Positions 1 to 11,537 of a stretch of 31,115 nt of DNA are shown piece after piece. The DNA is from Bugula neritina (Eukaryota > Animalia > Bryozoa): NCBI GenBank assembly GCA_964035545.1, contig CAXIUT010000264.1, positions 1-31,115 on the forward strand, in the 5' to 3' direction. Both the position numbers and the translations under genes were made by a program. The notes below the pieces were generated by a model. That model saw only the letters and a list, made by a program, of their open reading frames with translations, made no database searches and was not told the origin of the DNA. Positions within the stretch are counted from its first letter, which is position 1. The number at the start of each line of letters is the position of its first letter.

Positions 1-87
1 CCCAACCCCAACCCCAACCCCAACCCCAACCCCAACCCCAACCCCAACCCCAACCCCAACCCCAACCCCAACCCCAACCCCAACCCC
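1..87 (+). repeat. Left telomere (CCCCAA)n
   Basis: Perfect C4A2 repeats at the window start; C4A2 is the Tetrahymena-type ciliate telomere repeat. Confidence 0.98.
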
Positions 88-135
88 TTATTAATAATTT
101 AATTCGATGACTATTTTTATTAAATATTGAAATAA

Positions 136-995
136 TCAATCAAAGTTCATATAATCAACTACTTGAAATTTTTTATTTACATATTCTTCTAATAATAAAA
201 TATGGCATTTTCTATACTGATGATATTATTGATGATCTTTTCTTTTTATTCCTCCTCTAACTATATCATTAAAGGAATAACCACCTTCAAGTTACCCCAA
301 TTATGATTCTGCAATAGAAGTGTATTATTCAGGTTTAATTCCTTACCCTCCATCATAAAAATATGACATTCTTATCAACTGAAATTGTAAAGTTCCTGAC
401 TTTCCCCCATTTCTTGAGTTAAGAACTTTTTATACTTTAATATTCACAAATTATCCTTTGATTTAAAAACCAGATTTTCCTGACATATTGATTCCACATT
501 TTGGATTTTTATCTATCTATTTATCAAGATACATGGAAAAGTTAAAGGTTTTTCATTTGAACAACTAATGTTAGCTTATTTTTTATTTGGATCATAAGGC
601 TATTGTTTTGTTATAGGTTATTGTTTTGCTTTTTGATATTGGTGTTCACTCAAATTACTTTTATACATTGATGGATTGGAATGAGGTTTATCCGAGTTTA
701 TTATTTAAATAGGGTTGAAGTGAGTATGTTGTATATTAGACGAATAAACTGATTGAGGTTGACTAGATTCAGGAGTATGGATGGTTGTAAAGTGTCCTTT
801 ATTTCTAATTCCACTACCTTAATATTATTTAAAGGATTCTTCGGATATTTTGAAAGATGGTTGATAAGAAGATTCATAATTCTTAGACTAATACTCTTGT
901 GGTGGCTTTTCTGGTTGTTAGCTAGAATGATTATTCTAGCCATGATAATTATAGAAAGAATACTGATAGTTTTTAGGTTCCTTTGAAGATTTCAT
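136..995 (-). CDS. Hypothetical protein (~279 aa, TAR=Glu code) with low-complexity N-terminus
   Basis: ATG at 995 (MKSSKEPKNY...), TGA at 136-138 (...VVDYMNFD). A 20-nt GT-AG intron at 513-532 restores the frame; spliced length 840 nt. Confidence 0.6.
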
Positions 996-1072
996 TAAGA
1001 AATATTATATCTTGAAACTGTATCAAATGATGTTAACTCTAAATCATAAATATGGAATAAATTAGTAATATT

Positions 1073-2959
1073 TCAATCATGTTCCCAATTTTATTATAAA
1101 AGATCTAATTAATCTTGACTTAAGGCTGTATTTAGAATATAAGAATATTTTTCTTCTTATCCTCCAAAAGATCCTTAAAAAGTCAAAGTAAATTTGTTCT
1201 TATTTTTTCCATCATTTTCCTAATCTATTCTTTTCACGAATTAATTCATCAATATTTTTTCTTTTTATTTACTCTATATTCGAAATTTATGAATATTTTT
1301 TTAGTTTTATAAATTGTGATAAAAATTATTTAAATCAGCATACCTTAAGTATCTTCTGTTATAAATACTTTATTTTTTATTTAAAAAAGATTACTCAAAT
1401 ATTTAACTTTCTTAATAATCATTTTAATTTATTTAATTCTACTATTCTTCTTCAATGAGTTATTTATGCAAAGAATCTATTTATTTTTTAATGTTTTTAT
1501 TTATTCTATGATAGTTAAACCAATTTTATTTTAAATGATTAAATTTTAGGATATTTTATTTTAGAACTTTTCTTTTATTATTTTTTTATTTAAAGAAACT
1601 AGAATCAAGAACATCAAAACTAATTCCATTATTACTATCAATCATAAAAAATGTCAATTATTGGTTAAGCTGCATTGCTGATATTGATTTAGGACGATTT
1701 TATGGGATCAATTTTCCAATATCAGAGATATAATGTGAAGTATGAGAATGAAAAGTTTATTTTTTTGTATTAATAACCTATTTATCTATCTAATTTATAT
1801 AAAAAGATCCAAAAGAATAAGGATTATGTGCAATAAGCAAAGTTATATTCTCTTTATCTTCTTGGATTGACCATTATAATTATAACTCTAGCTGTGATTT
1901 ATTCTATCTTTTTGTTTGATAGACATATTCCTGTAGAATAGTAGGTGGGGCTTATTCTGAAAAATGTTTCACCTACATCACCTGTGTCTTCATATGTCTT
2001 AAATCAAATACCTTTAAACTAAAATTATCACTGAAAACCATATAATTGTTTCTATTTAAAACTTTTTAAAGGGATATTGCAGATAATATTTTATTTTTAG
2101 ATTTAAATAGTTACTATTGGTTTTTATGACGAATATCAACCACAGCTAGACTGTTAAATTAGCAAACAAAACTTTAGTTATTAGTTAAAGCCCATCCAGA
2201 ATGAACCAAAGAATTATTTAGATTGATAATAGTTGATTTAGATTAACCGTTTCTGTTGATTATTTATATTTTCGGGTTAAGGCCATCAAAGGTGGAAATA
2301 AAGATATTATTTTATGTTTATGATTTATAGATCCAACAGTGTAGAATTTATTCTTGTAGAATATATTTACTCTTGATTTATAAAAGTTATTTTGATGGTA
2401 AGAAAACTAAAATCCAAATTATTCTTGCACTTCTTATTATAAATTCATTTCCAATCAACTTTAATTCCAATATTTTTTATTTTGCATCAAATATTTATCT
2501 TTATTTTATCATTCCGATCGACTAAATACCATCCTATCCATTCGTTTGTATGAAATCAGCTATCTTAATTTTATATATCTTACTCTCTTAAGACCAAATC
2601 ATCGTTTTTCCTTCCCAAATCTAAGAAGTATTACCTATTCTTAAATATGGCTCATAAATCTATTACTCCAATAACTTTTTAGACACTTCTTCACAATCAA
2701 AACATTTTATAGCTCCTCTTAAATATCTTAACTGCTTTTCAATATTTAAATTATTCCGGTTATTTTGACTCAATCTTTGACTATATTAAAGAACTGGCTT
2801 TTTAACTTCGTAAGGATGATCAACAGCTAAATAATCTTTTGTAGGAGCTATTAACTTACTAAAATGATCTTTAAAATAATTGCTAGAAAACCTGTAACCT
2901 CCATAAGTCTTTTGGAATTATGAAGAGTCGTCTTCTCTTTTATTCGTAAATTGTTTCAT
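1073..2959 (-). CDS. Beta-propeller-like protein with acidic C-terminal region; possible TAF1C/Rrn6-like Pol I initiation factor subunit
   Basis: Intronless 629-codon ORF with TAR=Glu. Segments LAVVDIRH and FSLKVFDLRHMKTQVMEVKH resemble TAF1C blade motifs as recalled. The ORF is solid; the family call is tentative. Confidence 0.55.
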
Positions 2960-3036
2960 TCAAATAATTAATATATCAACAATCTATTCTATTAAAGTGT
3001 TAAAAATGTTTATACTATTTTAATTAAGGAAGACTA

Positions 3037-4841
3037 TCAATTCCAAATGCTCATTCGATCTATTTGACATTCTATCATTGTCTTCTAGCACTGAATGCCT
3101 GCATTTACACATCCTTTTCTATACAAACCAACTTTTTTTTATTTTTTTGTTCTTTCTCTTTTAAAACTCATTCGATTATGACTATTCTTATATTTATTGT
3201 CGAGTATGTTTTGAACAAATTTACAATTAAAATCTGGATTAACTCTTAAAGGTGCTGTTTCTTTTTCTGAGATTTATTTCCAGTACATTTGAATCGATTC
3301 TTGATCTAGAAGTTGATGATTAAGCGAGAACATATCCTCAAAGAGTGAATTAAAGTGTAAAGCCATATTTTAAGTAAGAAAAGTTTTTAATTTATTTCTT
3401 TTTAGTACATAAAGAATACTATAGGACTATATTTTCACTTAAAAGGTAGGTATTCTTATATTTGTAACAAAAGAAAAAATATTCAATATATCTCTATCCT
3501 TTATATTAAAATATGTACTTTAAAAAAGGATTAAAACTTCCTAGAATGATCGATAACGCAATAACTATGAAGACTACCCTTTTTTATATATATAAGATCA
3601 CTTCTTTCGACTTAATCATAATCAAAAAGAATCTAGCCTGATTCAATCACATGTTCTTCTATATTCAAAGACATTTTAGTTATAAAATTAGGTTATTAAA
3701 TTAATGATGAATTGTTAGTCTTCTAGATCGAATATTTAAAAATATTTTATTTTATTTTATCTATAAAATCTTTAAAGATATGTTCCTTTATTTCGACAAT
3801 ATAATCTTAAGGTAATATAGTCTAAATTTAATCTAATGATTTTTTACTACTATACTGATACTCTAAAGAACACAGCACTCTAAAATATAATTCTTTTGAT
3901 ATAGTTTATCCTTCTAACTTGATATCATTATGATGTTCTTAAAACTTTTAAAATAATTCTAAAAGTTAATTTTCTCTTTAAACCAAAGTAGCAGGCAAAG
4001 AATGTATTCTACTTAGATAGAATCCAAAAAGAAAACCTTAGAAATAAAGACAAACTATATTATAAACTACATCTGGAGGAGCTGAAGCAGATATGTCTCC
4101 ATAAGCTGCAGATGAAGCTGTTCCAAGAGACCAATAGATGGCGTAAAGCAATTGAACTCCGAAATCATAGTGAATGATATCATTCCAAGCGGATTAGTTA
4201 ACCCAGAGTAGACTAGGGAATTCATAGTTATCATGATAAAGTATGAGATCTATTTGATAGAATATACAACCTACATAACTAACTAAGATGATGAGAATGA
4301 AGAGGCCATAAAAGACATTGTAGACAATATAAAAAGAAGTCCCAATAATGTAGTTTTGAAACCTATCATGAAACAACTTGATTTTATAGATTTTAGCCAG
4401 GTATATGATTTCTAACAAACGATCAAATAAAGAATTACCTGACTTTGATAACTAATATATTGCTACTCCCAAACAAACTAAATCATAAACTAATTCAACA
4501 GTTATGAGATTTAACCACTTTATTTTCACCACTTTCTTTTGAAGAAATATTTTTTTTTGAATTTCAGGATTACGAACCAAGCTACCAACATGATAGTTTA
4601 AATAAAGGTAGAGATGGATTGAAAAAATAACTACCACTATGATCTAAACTGTAGTATTCACTCCTTAAATATCCACTAAAAGCCAGTTATAAGTTATTTT
4701 GATGGGAAGAACAGTCAGAAAAATAAATAGTACTATCTAAACTATAAAGTAAAGCACCAAATTTAATATCTGAATCCATCTGATTTTAAAATACCACAAA
4801 AGAGTATGCTAAAAACGACTCATCCACTACTGCTCAGCCAT
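3037..4841 (-). CDS. 6TM cation channel with cyclic-nucleotide-binding-homology domain (KCNH/CNG-like)
   Basis: Hydrophobic TM segments, pore region YAIYWSLGTASSAAYGDISA, C-linker, and CNBD-like GEILFDYDEVERSDLIYIKKG. 20-nt intron at 3499-3518; spliced length 1785 nt. Confidence 0.85.
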
Positions 4842-4858
4842 TTATTTCCTCTAGTTAT

Positions 4859-4928
4859 AATTAATATATTATTAACCCAATTAATATATTATTAAGTCAA
4901 TCAATATATAATTAAGCCAATTAATATA
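4859..4928. repeat. Subtelomeric ~20-bp tandem repeat (~3.5 copies)
   Basis: ttaatatattattaacccaa / ttaatatattattaagtcaa / tcaatatataattaagccaa / ttaatata directly before the G4T2 tract. Confidence 0.75.
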
Positions 4929-4998
4929 GGGGTTGGGGTTGGGGTTGGGGTTGGGGTTGGGGTTGGGGTTGGGGTTGGGGTTGGGGTTGGGGTTGGGG
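4929..4998 (+). repeat. Internal telomeric tract (GGGGTT)n, 70 bp
   Basis: Perfect G4T2 repeats with no C4A2 partner on the right side. Confidence 0.97.
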
Positions 4999-6911
4999 AT
5001 CTGGTGCATTTAGTTTTAATCTCCTTTCTACCAAGATCCTTCTTTTAAATTTCCTACATCCAACTGAAGAATATCAACTTGTTTACCGATGAGACTTCCA
5101 ATACTTGGATTCGTTCTTCCCAAATCTCCATGAACGAACTCCTTTATATAAGTACCAGCACTTGCCCAGACTTATAGAACTGCACTGTGTCGACTAACAA
5201 GATGCATCTTCTGAGCATGAATAACTTTATCTCTCACCATCAAAGTACGACGATGCAATACTCTCAAAGGAGTCAATTGTTGGAGTACTATTTCTTTCTA
5301 TTTCTATAGTTTTTACTTATCTTTGAGTTATAATTCCTCCTGGCTGTATATATAACAAAGATAGTGTTTTATCTTTTATATTTAAGCTGCTTTTAATTCA
5401 ATACTAATAAAAGATTCAGTTGTTTATTTAAAATTTTATACTTGCACATACTTATTCTAATAGTTTATTATTAACTCAAGTAGCTTCACGACCTTAACTG
5501 CTCTTTATTCATCCTCTTTGATCTCTTAGTGATCGACCAGTTCCTTCTTGATCTATTAATGATCGACCTTCTTGATCTATTAATGATCGACCTTCTTGAT
5601 CTATTAATGATCGACCTTCTTGATCTATTAATGATCGGCCAACCACTTTTTGTACTCTTTTATAATCTATTCTTTACTATTTCCAATAAAATTGAATACT
5701 TATTGTTAAGTGATGGTGTTAAGAGGTCGAATTGGGTTTACAAATTATAAAACAAAAGGACGTCCTCCATGTAGCATACGTACATCAATATCTTCTCTAC
5801 CTCCAGCATGAAATCGAGTTTCCACATCTTTTTTTTATTGATTTGGATAAAAAAGTTGATAAATTCTATCCTCAACTTACTCTTGAAGACTACCTTCAGT
5901 CAGTTTTTTTCCATTTACTAGCCAAGGAGTCTGAGATAAATACCTAGAAAATTTGATATATCGACCAGAAAGATAAATATTTTTAGTCATTAGAGTTATT
6001 TTTTATGTAATAGAACTTATTTCTACTGGATGTCCACTACTATTGCCACTAATAAACATCCAAAAATCTTCATCACTTTTTATACTATTGAATATATTTT
6101 AAAACTAACTTTGTTTTAGATGAGTAATTTTATTAAGATTATTACCACTGCATTTGTACTATTGATCACAACTACCGAGATCAATACATTGCTTTCTGGC
6201 TTTTACCTTTTCCTTTTTCTTTTACATTCCTAAACAATAAGCAAACCTTTTAACAAGAATAGACTATCCACTAGCATCTCCATTCTCTATCTAAATTGAA
6301 ACGACTAAATTGTCTGGGTGTTATTCAGCTGTTGAAGTCATCAGACTGTTGGTGTTAAATTAATGAGCTAATATCCACTTAAGAATAGTTTTAGGATCGA
6401 TCCATTTGTTCTACTAATAAGGTGCTACCAGAATATTATAATAATGTCTTATTTTCTCACTGCTTTCGACCTATTTTGATAAAATTGTAAATAAAAACCT
6501 ACAAAGAACAATACTTCTCAATAATATAATATTTGGTATTCTGATATTCAATTTGAATTGTTTGTATTGCTGAAATCCTTTCTCCTTTATCATTTTGTTT
6601 GTTTGTTGATAAATTTTAACTCCAAATTTCTTCTGAAAAACTCCCTCACACAACCAGCACAAACTAGAAGTGCAACATTGACCAGGATCATAACTACTCA
6701 TCAACTACTTCTCAAATAAAATAGACAATATTTCCATCAAAAACTAAGTGTCGTTGTACATCTTGGGATGTTCGATAGAATATATCCTTAATATACACTT
6801 AAAACAAATCTTGTATTTTACCAAAAGCATCTCTAAAAGAATCTTTGTTTCCTTCAATAATTCAAAAGACTTTCTATAAAGAGCATATTTCTAAGGCAAC
6901 TCAGGCTCCAT
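4999..6911 (-). CDS. PUS10: tRNA pseudouridine synthase Pus10, 3' end truncated at the telomere tract
   Basis: N-terminal CFKC...CWLC, YISGRYIKFSRYLSQTPW, catalytic FHAGGREDIDVRML, and AGTYIKEFVHGDLGRTNPS. No TGA occurs before the frame enters telomere repeats. Confidence 0.93.
5544..5639 (-). repeat. 24-bp coding tandem repeat x4 inside Pus10, (VDHEEIKK)n
   Basis: cttcttgatctattaatgatcgac repeated four times, in frame. Confidence 0.9.
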
Positions 6912-7262
6912 TTCTTTTATATCTTTATTAAAACTACATTTAAAATCAATTCAATTCAATCAAATCATAACAAACAAACAAATCATTCTTCTTTTTTATT
7001 CAAATGAACTTTATTAAATAAATATTAAAATTTTGTAAATATTCATGTAAAAGTAAAGAAGATCGGCTTACTTATTCGAACTAAATGAAATGAGTAACTA
7101 AGAACTCATCTAAAGAGCAACAACTAATTTTAATTATTGGCTCAGAGCATCCCTTGAACTCTAACATCTCTATAAAGAGTTCGGCATTTCTCAACCTGAA
7201 CTTTCAGGACACTATCCCAACAATTAAAAAGATAAATGATCATTCTGTTATTTCTTTTAAAA

Positions 7263-8396
7263 TCATTTATTTATTACATGAGTTGATTTACATTTATTCT
7301 TTATACTTTTTAAATCTCCTCTCTAAAGAAAAGTAGTTAAAACATCATTATTTTCTAAATAACAATACTTCTTTCTCTAGTGATCTTTTTCTTTATATCT
7401 TTCATGGTCTTTTTCTTTCCTTCTCTAGTGATCTTTTTCTTTATATCTTTCATCGTCTTTTTCTTTATATCTTTCATGGTCTTTTTCTTTCCTTCTCTAG
7501 TGATCTTTTTCTTTCCTTCTCTAGTGATCTTTTTCTTTCTATCTTTTTTATCTAAAAGAATATTTCTCCTTCTCTTTCTTTCTAAATAACTATTTGGTTT
7601 CTCTATTGTTGGGAGAAACACCTGCACTTCTAATCAGCTTCTTTTGGTCTAAAATAAAATGCATCTTGCTCAAATATTCTAGTTATCTATCACTTTCTCT
7701 TATATAATACCTCACTTCTTTCATCAACTATCTATTCTGTTTTTTAAGTTCTTAATTTTGACTTTTATATTTATTCACTCGATCTTCCATCTTGGGTAAA
7801 ATAGACTATTTCAATTTTTATTTTTATTTTTTATTTTAATCTCTTTCACCTCTACATCTAATAAGTTCCTCATAAAGTTCTGAATTATTTTTTTGATAAA
7901 ATAATATTTCTTGATCCTTTGTTTTCTCCTTTCTTTTTTTTTGATATTTTTCTTTTGACTTCTCTTCTTTTTGTTTGTAGTTACTTTCGTTAGTCTTTTT
8001 CCTTTCAGTAATGTACATCTAGTCTTTAAGATTCCTAATTTATTATGTAAGTTCTCCAATTATTACATTTTTCTTTTAAATTATTTTTTTCAATCGATTA
8101 ATATCCTGCTCTTCATCAGTCTATCTATAGAGTTGAGTTGAAACTTCATCCTTTTTACTACCTTGTATAATAGTAGTTTTTTAGCTAAGTCTATCTGGAT
8201 TATTTTTAAGTTATTTATTATTGTAAGGAGTAATGTAGAAATCAAAAAGATCTTCATGTTCTTATTCAATGATAGTAGCCTGCTTAGAATCACTACCAAT
8301 AAGTAATTATTCAAATGGAGATTCATTTGATATCGACTAAATCGAACAAACTACTTTTTTAAATGAATTTAAATTCGTTTTTTTTTATGAATACAT
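7263..8396 (-). CDS. Hypothetical charged low-complexity/coiled-coil protein
   Basis: ATG at 8396 and TGA at 7263-7265 are in the same frame; Lys/Glu-rich. Both boundaries are uncertain. Confidence 0.55.
7372..7540 (-). repeat. 24-bp coding tandem repeat (~7 copies), KEKDHER(R/Y)
   Basis: Units alternate cac-TAG-aga and cat-GAA-aga at the same position. Confidence 0.85.
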
Positions 8397-8541
8397 CTCA
8401 ATTCTTATTATTAACTTTATTAAACTCTCAATTGTATTTATCTTCTTTATTCAATTAGAAATCATCTTTTCTTTTATAAAATCATCTCATCTAAAAGAAT
8501 ATTTCACCAAAAGAACATCTATGATAATTTTATTCCACAGA

Positions 8542-10165
8542 ATGACTGATCGATAGTTATTTATCAATATTAGCTTTAAATCATTTAAACAATGTCGGAA
8601 TAAATCAGAAGAATCGTACCTTCTTCCTACTATAACAATCAAACGTAAAGAATCAAAACATTACAGATCTCAACTCTCCTTCAAAACTTCCTTCCAAAAT
8701 TGTGTCCTTAAAGCACTTACTAATAGAGGTTGGAAACAAATAGAAACTATCGGATGGAACCTGCAATGGTTCTAAAAATAAAGAGTTAATGATGTTTTTG
8801 AAGAAGGTCTAACTCCTCAACAACGATGTAATCACTTCAGACTATGGGGACAAGTAATTCTATCTCATCTAGCTCTGTCGCAAAGATATGTTGATGAAAA
8901 ATGTAAAAAAATTTAAACGATAACTCCAAAAACAAAAGATTCTAGTCGAAGAAGAATGGAACTTTTTACCTTTAACTTTCTTTTTACCAAGTTAGTATAT
9001 CATGTTCGCATAAGAGTTCAAAAAAAAAGGAGGTCTTTGGATTATGAAACCTACTTCTCGCTGTCAAGGTCAGGGCATCTTCATAGTTGATAAACTATCT
9101 CAAGTAGCTCCATTCAGACATAAAGCTCAACCTACTACTGTTCCACCTAAACCACCCAAAATAAAGAAAGGAGAAGAAAAGCCCTAACTCAGTTAATCAG
9201 ATGATGACTAGCCAAAAGAAGAAGTTCAAGGAGATACTGCTGAATCATACATAATTCAACAGTATATAAACAAGCCTCTTCTTTTCGGTCGAAAGAAATT
9301 CGACTTAAGGATATATTGTTTATGCACGAACTATAGTCAACTAACAGCATGGCTGTATAGAAGTGGGTTTGCTAGATTCACCCACTAACCTTATTCCACA
9401 GACAATATTGAAAATCTAGAATCTCATCTAACTAACGTTTAAATACAAAAACACAGTTAAAACTACGATTAGATGCGAGGAGGCAAATGGCAACTTCATC
9501 ACTTCAAACACTACCTTCTTTCCAAATATCCCTCTACACTAGTTGATTGGTGCTTCACCTAAATAAAAAATATAGCTATTAGATCCCTTCAAGCAGTTCA
9601 AAAAACCATCCTTCCCAGTCGTAACTCATTCTAGCTCTATGGCTATGATTTTATGCTTGACGAAGAATTAAAACCATGGCTAATAGAAGTAAATGGTGGT
9701 CCATCAATGACTGCCAATACTCCGATTGATTGCAAACTTAAATGTGGATTAATTGATGATGTCCTCACTATCCTTGACTTTTAAGGAATTTTATCAGGAA
9801 ACTAAATGACAGTTGGAGCCTTTGATCTTATCATAGACAAAGGAATCAAAGTATTTCAACCAAAACAGTCAGATTATACTGGATTGTTAGGCACTAAAAA
9901 TCAAAGAATAGATGTAGTAAAACAAATTACCAAAAACTTTATGAAAAAGATAACAAAACAAAAATAAAACCAATAAATATAAGATAAAGTACCTAAAAAA
10001 AAAGTAAAAGGAGAAGGAAGATAAAAGTTATTACCTGACTTTTATTACAGAAGAAAAAATTAAGGAATTGACCAATAGATAAGAAATAAATTAAAATAAT
10101 AACTAATATAACTAGAAGAAAAATAATCCAGTCAAAATGTCTTTAAACCCATTAAAATCAATTGA
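8542..10165 (+). CDS. Tubulin-tyrosine ligase-like protein, TTLL9/TTLL1-type polyglutamylase
   Basis: [69 protein letters not shown]. 19-nt intron at 8854-8872. Start codon approximate. Confidence 0.9.
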
Positions 10166-10233
10166 TACTTTAGTTTTATCATTAGAATATCTATCTTCAT
10201 ATTAAAATACATTCTTAAATAATTAACAAAGTA

Positions 10234-11261
10234 TCAAAAACCTTAGAAAAGATTTTGATCTTGCTCTTGAATAGAGACAGTTGTCCCTCTTGAAGCACTC
10301 ACCTGCTAAAAATTAGTAGCGTCATGAGGATCCTTGATTGTAGGCTTCCAAGGTACCCGAGCATTTCTAATATCACTCCAGTCAAATTTTCTAAACCATG
10401 CATGTTGCCTCACTTCCTCTCCATTGTTCTTAGCTCCTAGTCTTCTTTGTGGATTGGGATTCAATAAACTCAAAATCAAATGCTTAGCTCTCAATGAAAA
10501 AAAATCAGGAAACTCAATAACTCCTTTAAGTATTTTTTTGTAGATATTTCTGGGCTAGTCATTGTCATAGAAGGGAGGATATCCAGCTAGCAATTCATAT
10601 ATCAAAATTCCAATACCCCAGTAATCGACAGCTTTTCCATAGCCACTTTTATTGCTCTTTTCAAGCATTTCTGGAGCCAAATATTAAGGAGTTCCACAGA
10701 TAGTGAAGGTTCTGAGGTGATGAAGTTTTTTGGCGAATCCCAAATCTATCAATTTGGGAAATCCGTCACAATCGACCATGATGTTTTAAGGTTTAAGGTC
10801 TCTGAAGACGATATCCTTGGTATGCAGATGACAGATAGCATCTAGAATGCCAGCTACATAGAACATAGCAGTCTGATCATTGAATCGACCGTTACGAGTC
10901 AAACGAGCAAATAGCTCCCCTCCTTGAATATACTCAAACATCATATAGATGTGTTTTGGATCTTGAAATGTAGACTTGCTGAATAGCTTATTCAATACAG
11001 TGCAACTATGTTGGGATGATGGACATCCAGTAAGACTTCTTTCTATGAATGTAAATGCATCAGCTGATTCTGCTACAAAATCTCCTGCTTCCTCATTATC
11101 TTCAAAGCATATACCTCGTCTCGACCTCTAAATTTGACCAGCTTCACTCGCCCAAAAGTTCCATAGCCAAGAGTGGTCAGCACCTCAAGATAGTTGCGTT
11201 AAAGTTCTCTTAAGATGAGTTAACTATCTTCCTAGAATGCTGTTAACTTGCTTTTCTTCAT
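10234..11261 (-). CDS. cAMP-dependent protein kinase catalytic subunit-like (AGC kinase)
   Basis: [55 protein letters not shown]. 20-nt intron at 10979-10998; 335 aa. Confidence 0.92.
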
Positions 11262-11311
11262 CTACTAACTTATAACTATCTATTTAACTATATATTTGGC
11301 TATAACATTAA

Positions 11312-11374
11312 GGGGTTGGGGTTGGGGTTGGGGTTGGGGTTGGGGTTGGGGTTGGGGTTGGGGTTGGGGTTGGG
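11312..11374 (+). repeat. Internal telomeric tract (GGGGTT)n, 63 bp
   Basis: Perfect G4T2 repeats in the same orientation as the tracts at 4929 and 31031. Confidence 0.97.
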
Positions 11375-11537
11375 TATCTATTTAACTATGAAAACTATGA
11401 ATAATTGAATTCTCTAAACTCTTTTATTTATACAACTGAGTCAGTATCAACTAATAAAATTAATCTTTATTTATAAAAGCAGATAAAATATCAAACAAAT
11501 TTATTTTCAGCTATAAGCTAAAATATAAAGCAAAGGA

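Noticed and set aside
88-135. Shared chromosome-breakage motif next to all four telomere tracts
   Set aside because: Comparing the four flanks by eye shows only AT-richness; no Tetrahymena Cbs-like 15-mer was noticed.
2151-2172. Candidate introns at 2151-2172, 3579-3601, 22000-22019 and 24754-24780
   Set aside because: All are GT-AG bounded, but the frame reads through without them. At 3579-3601 removal would destroy the LIYIKKG CNBD motif.
4998-5001. GATC at the first telomere junction as a restriction-ligation scar
   Set aside because: A 4-mer is common by chance and the second junction lacks it.
8542-11261. Standard ciliate code (TAR=Gln, table 6) or a split TAA/TAG assignment
   Set aside because: Invariant Glu residues in kinase, TTLL and LysRS motifs are encoded by both TAA and TAG.
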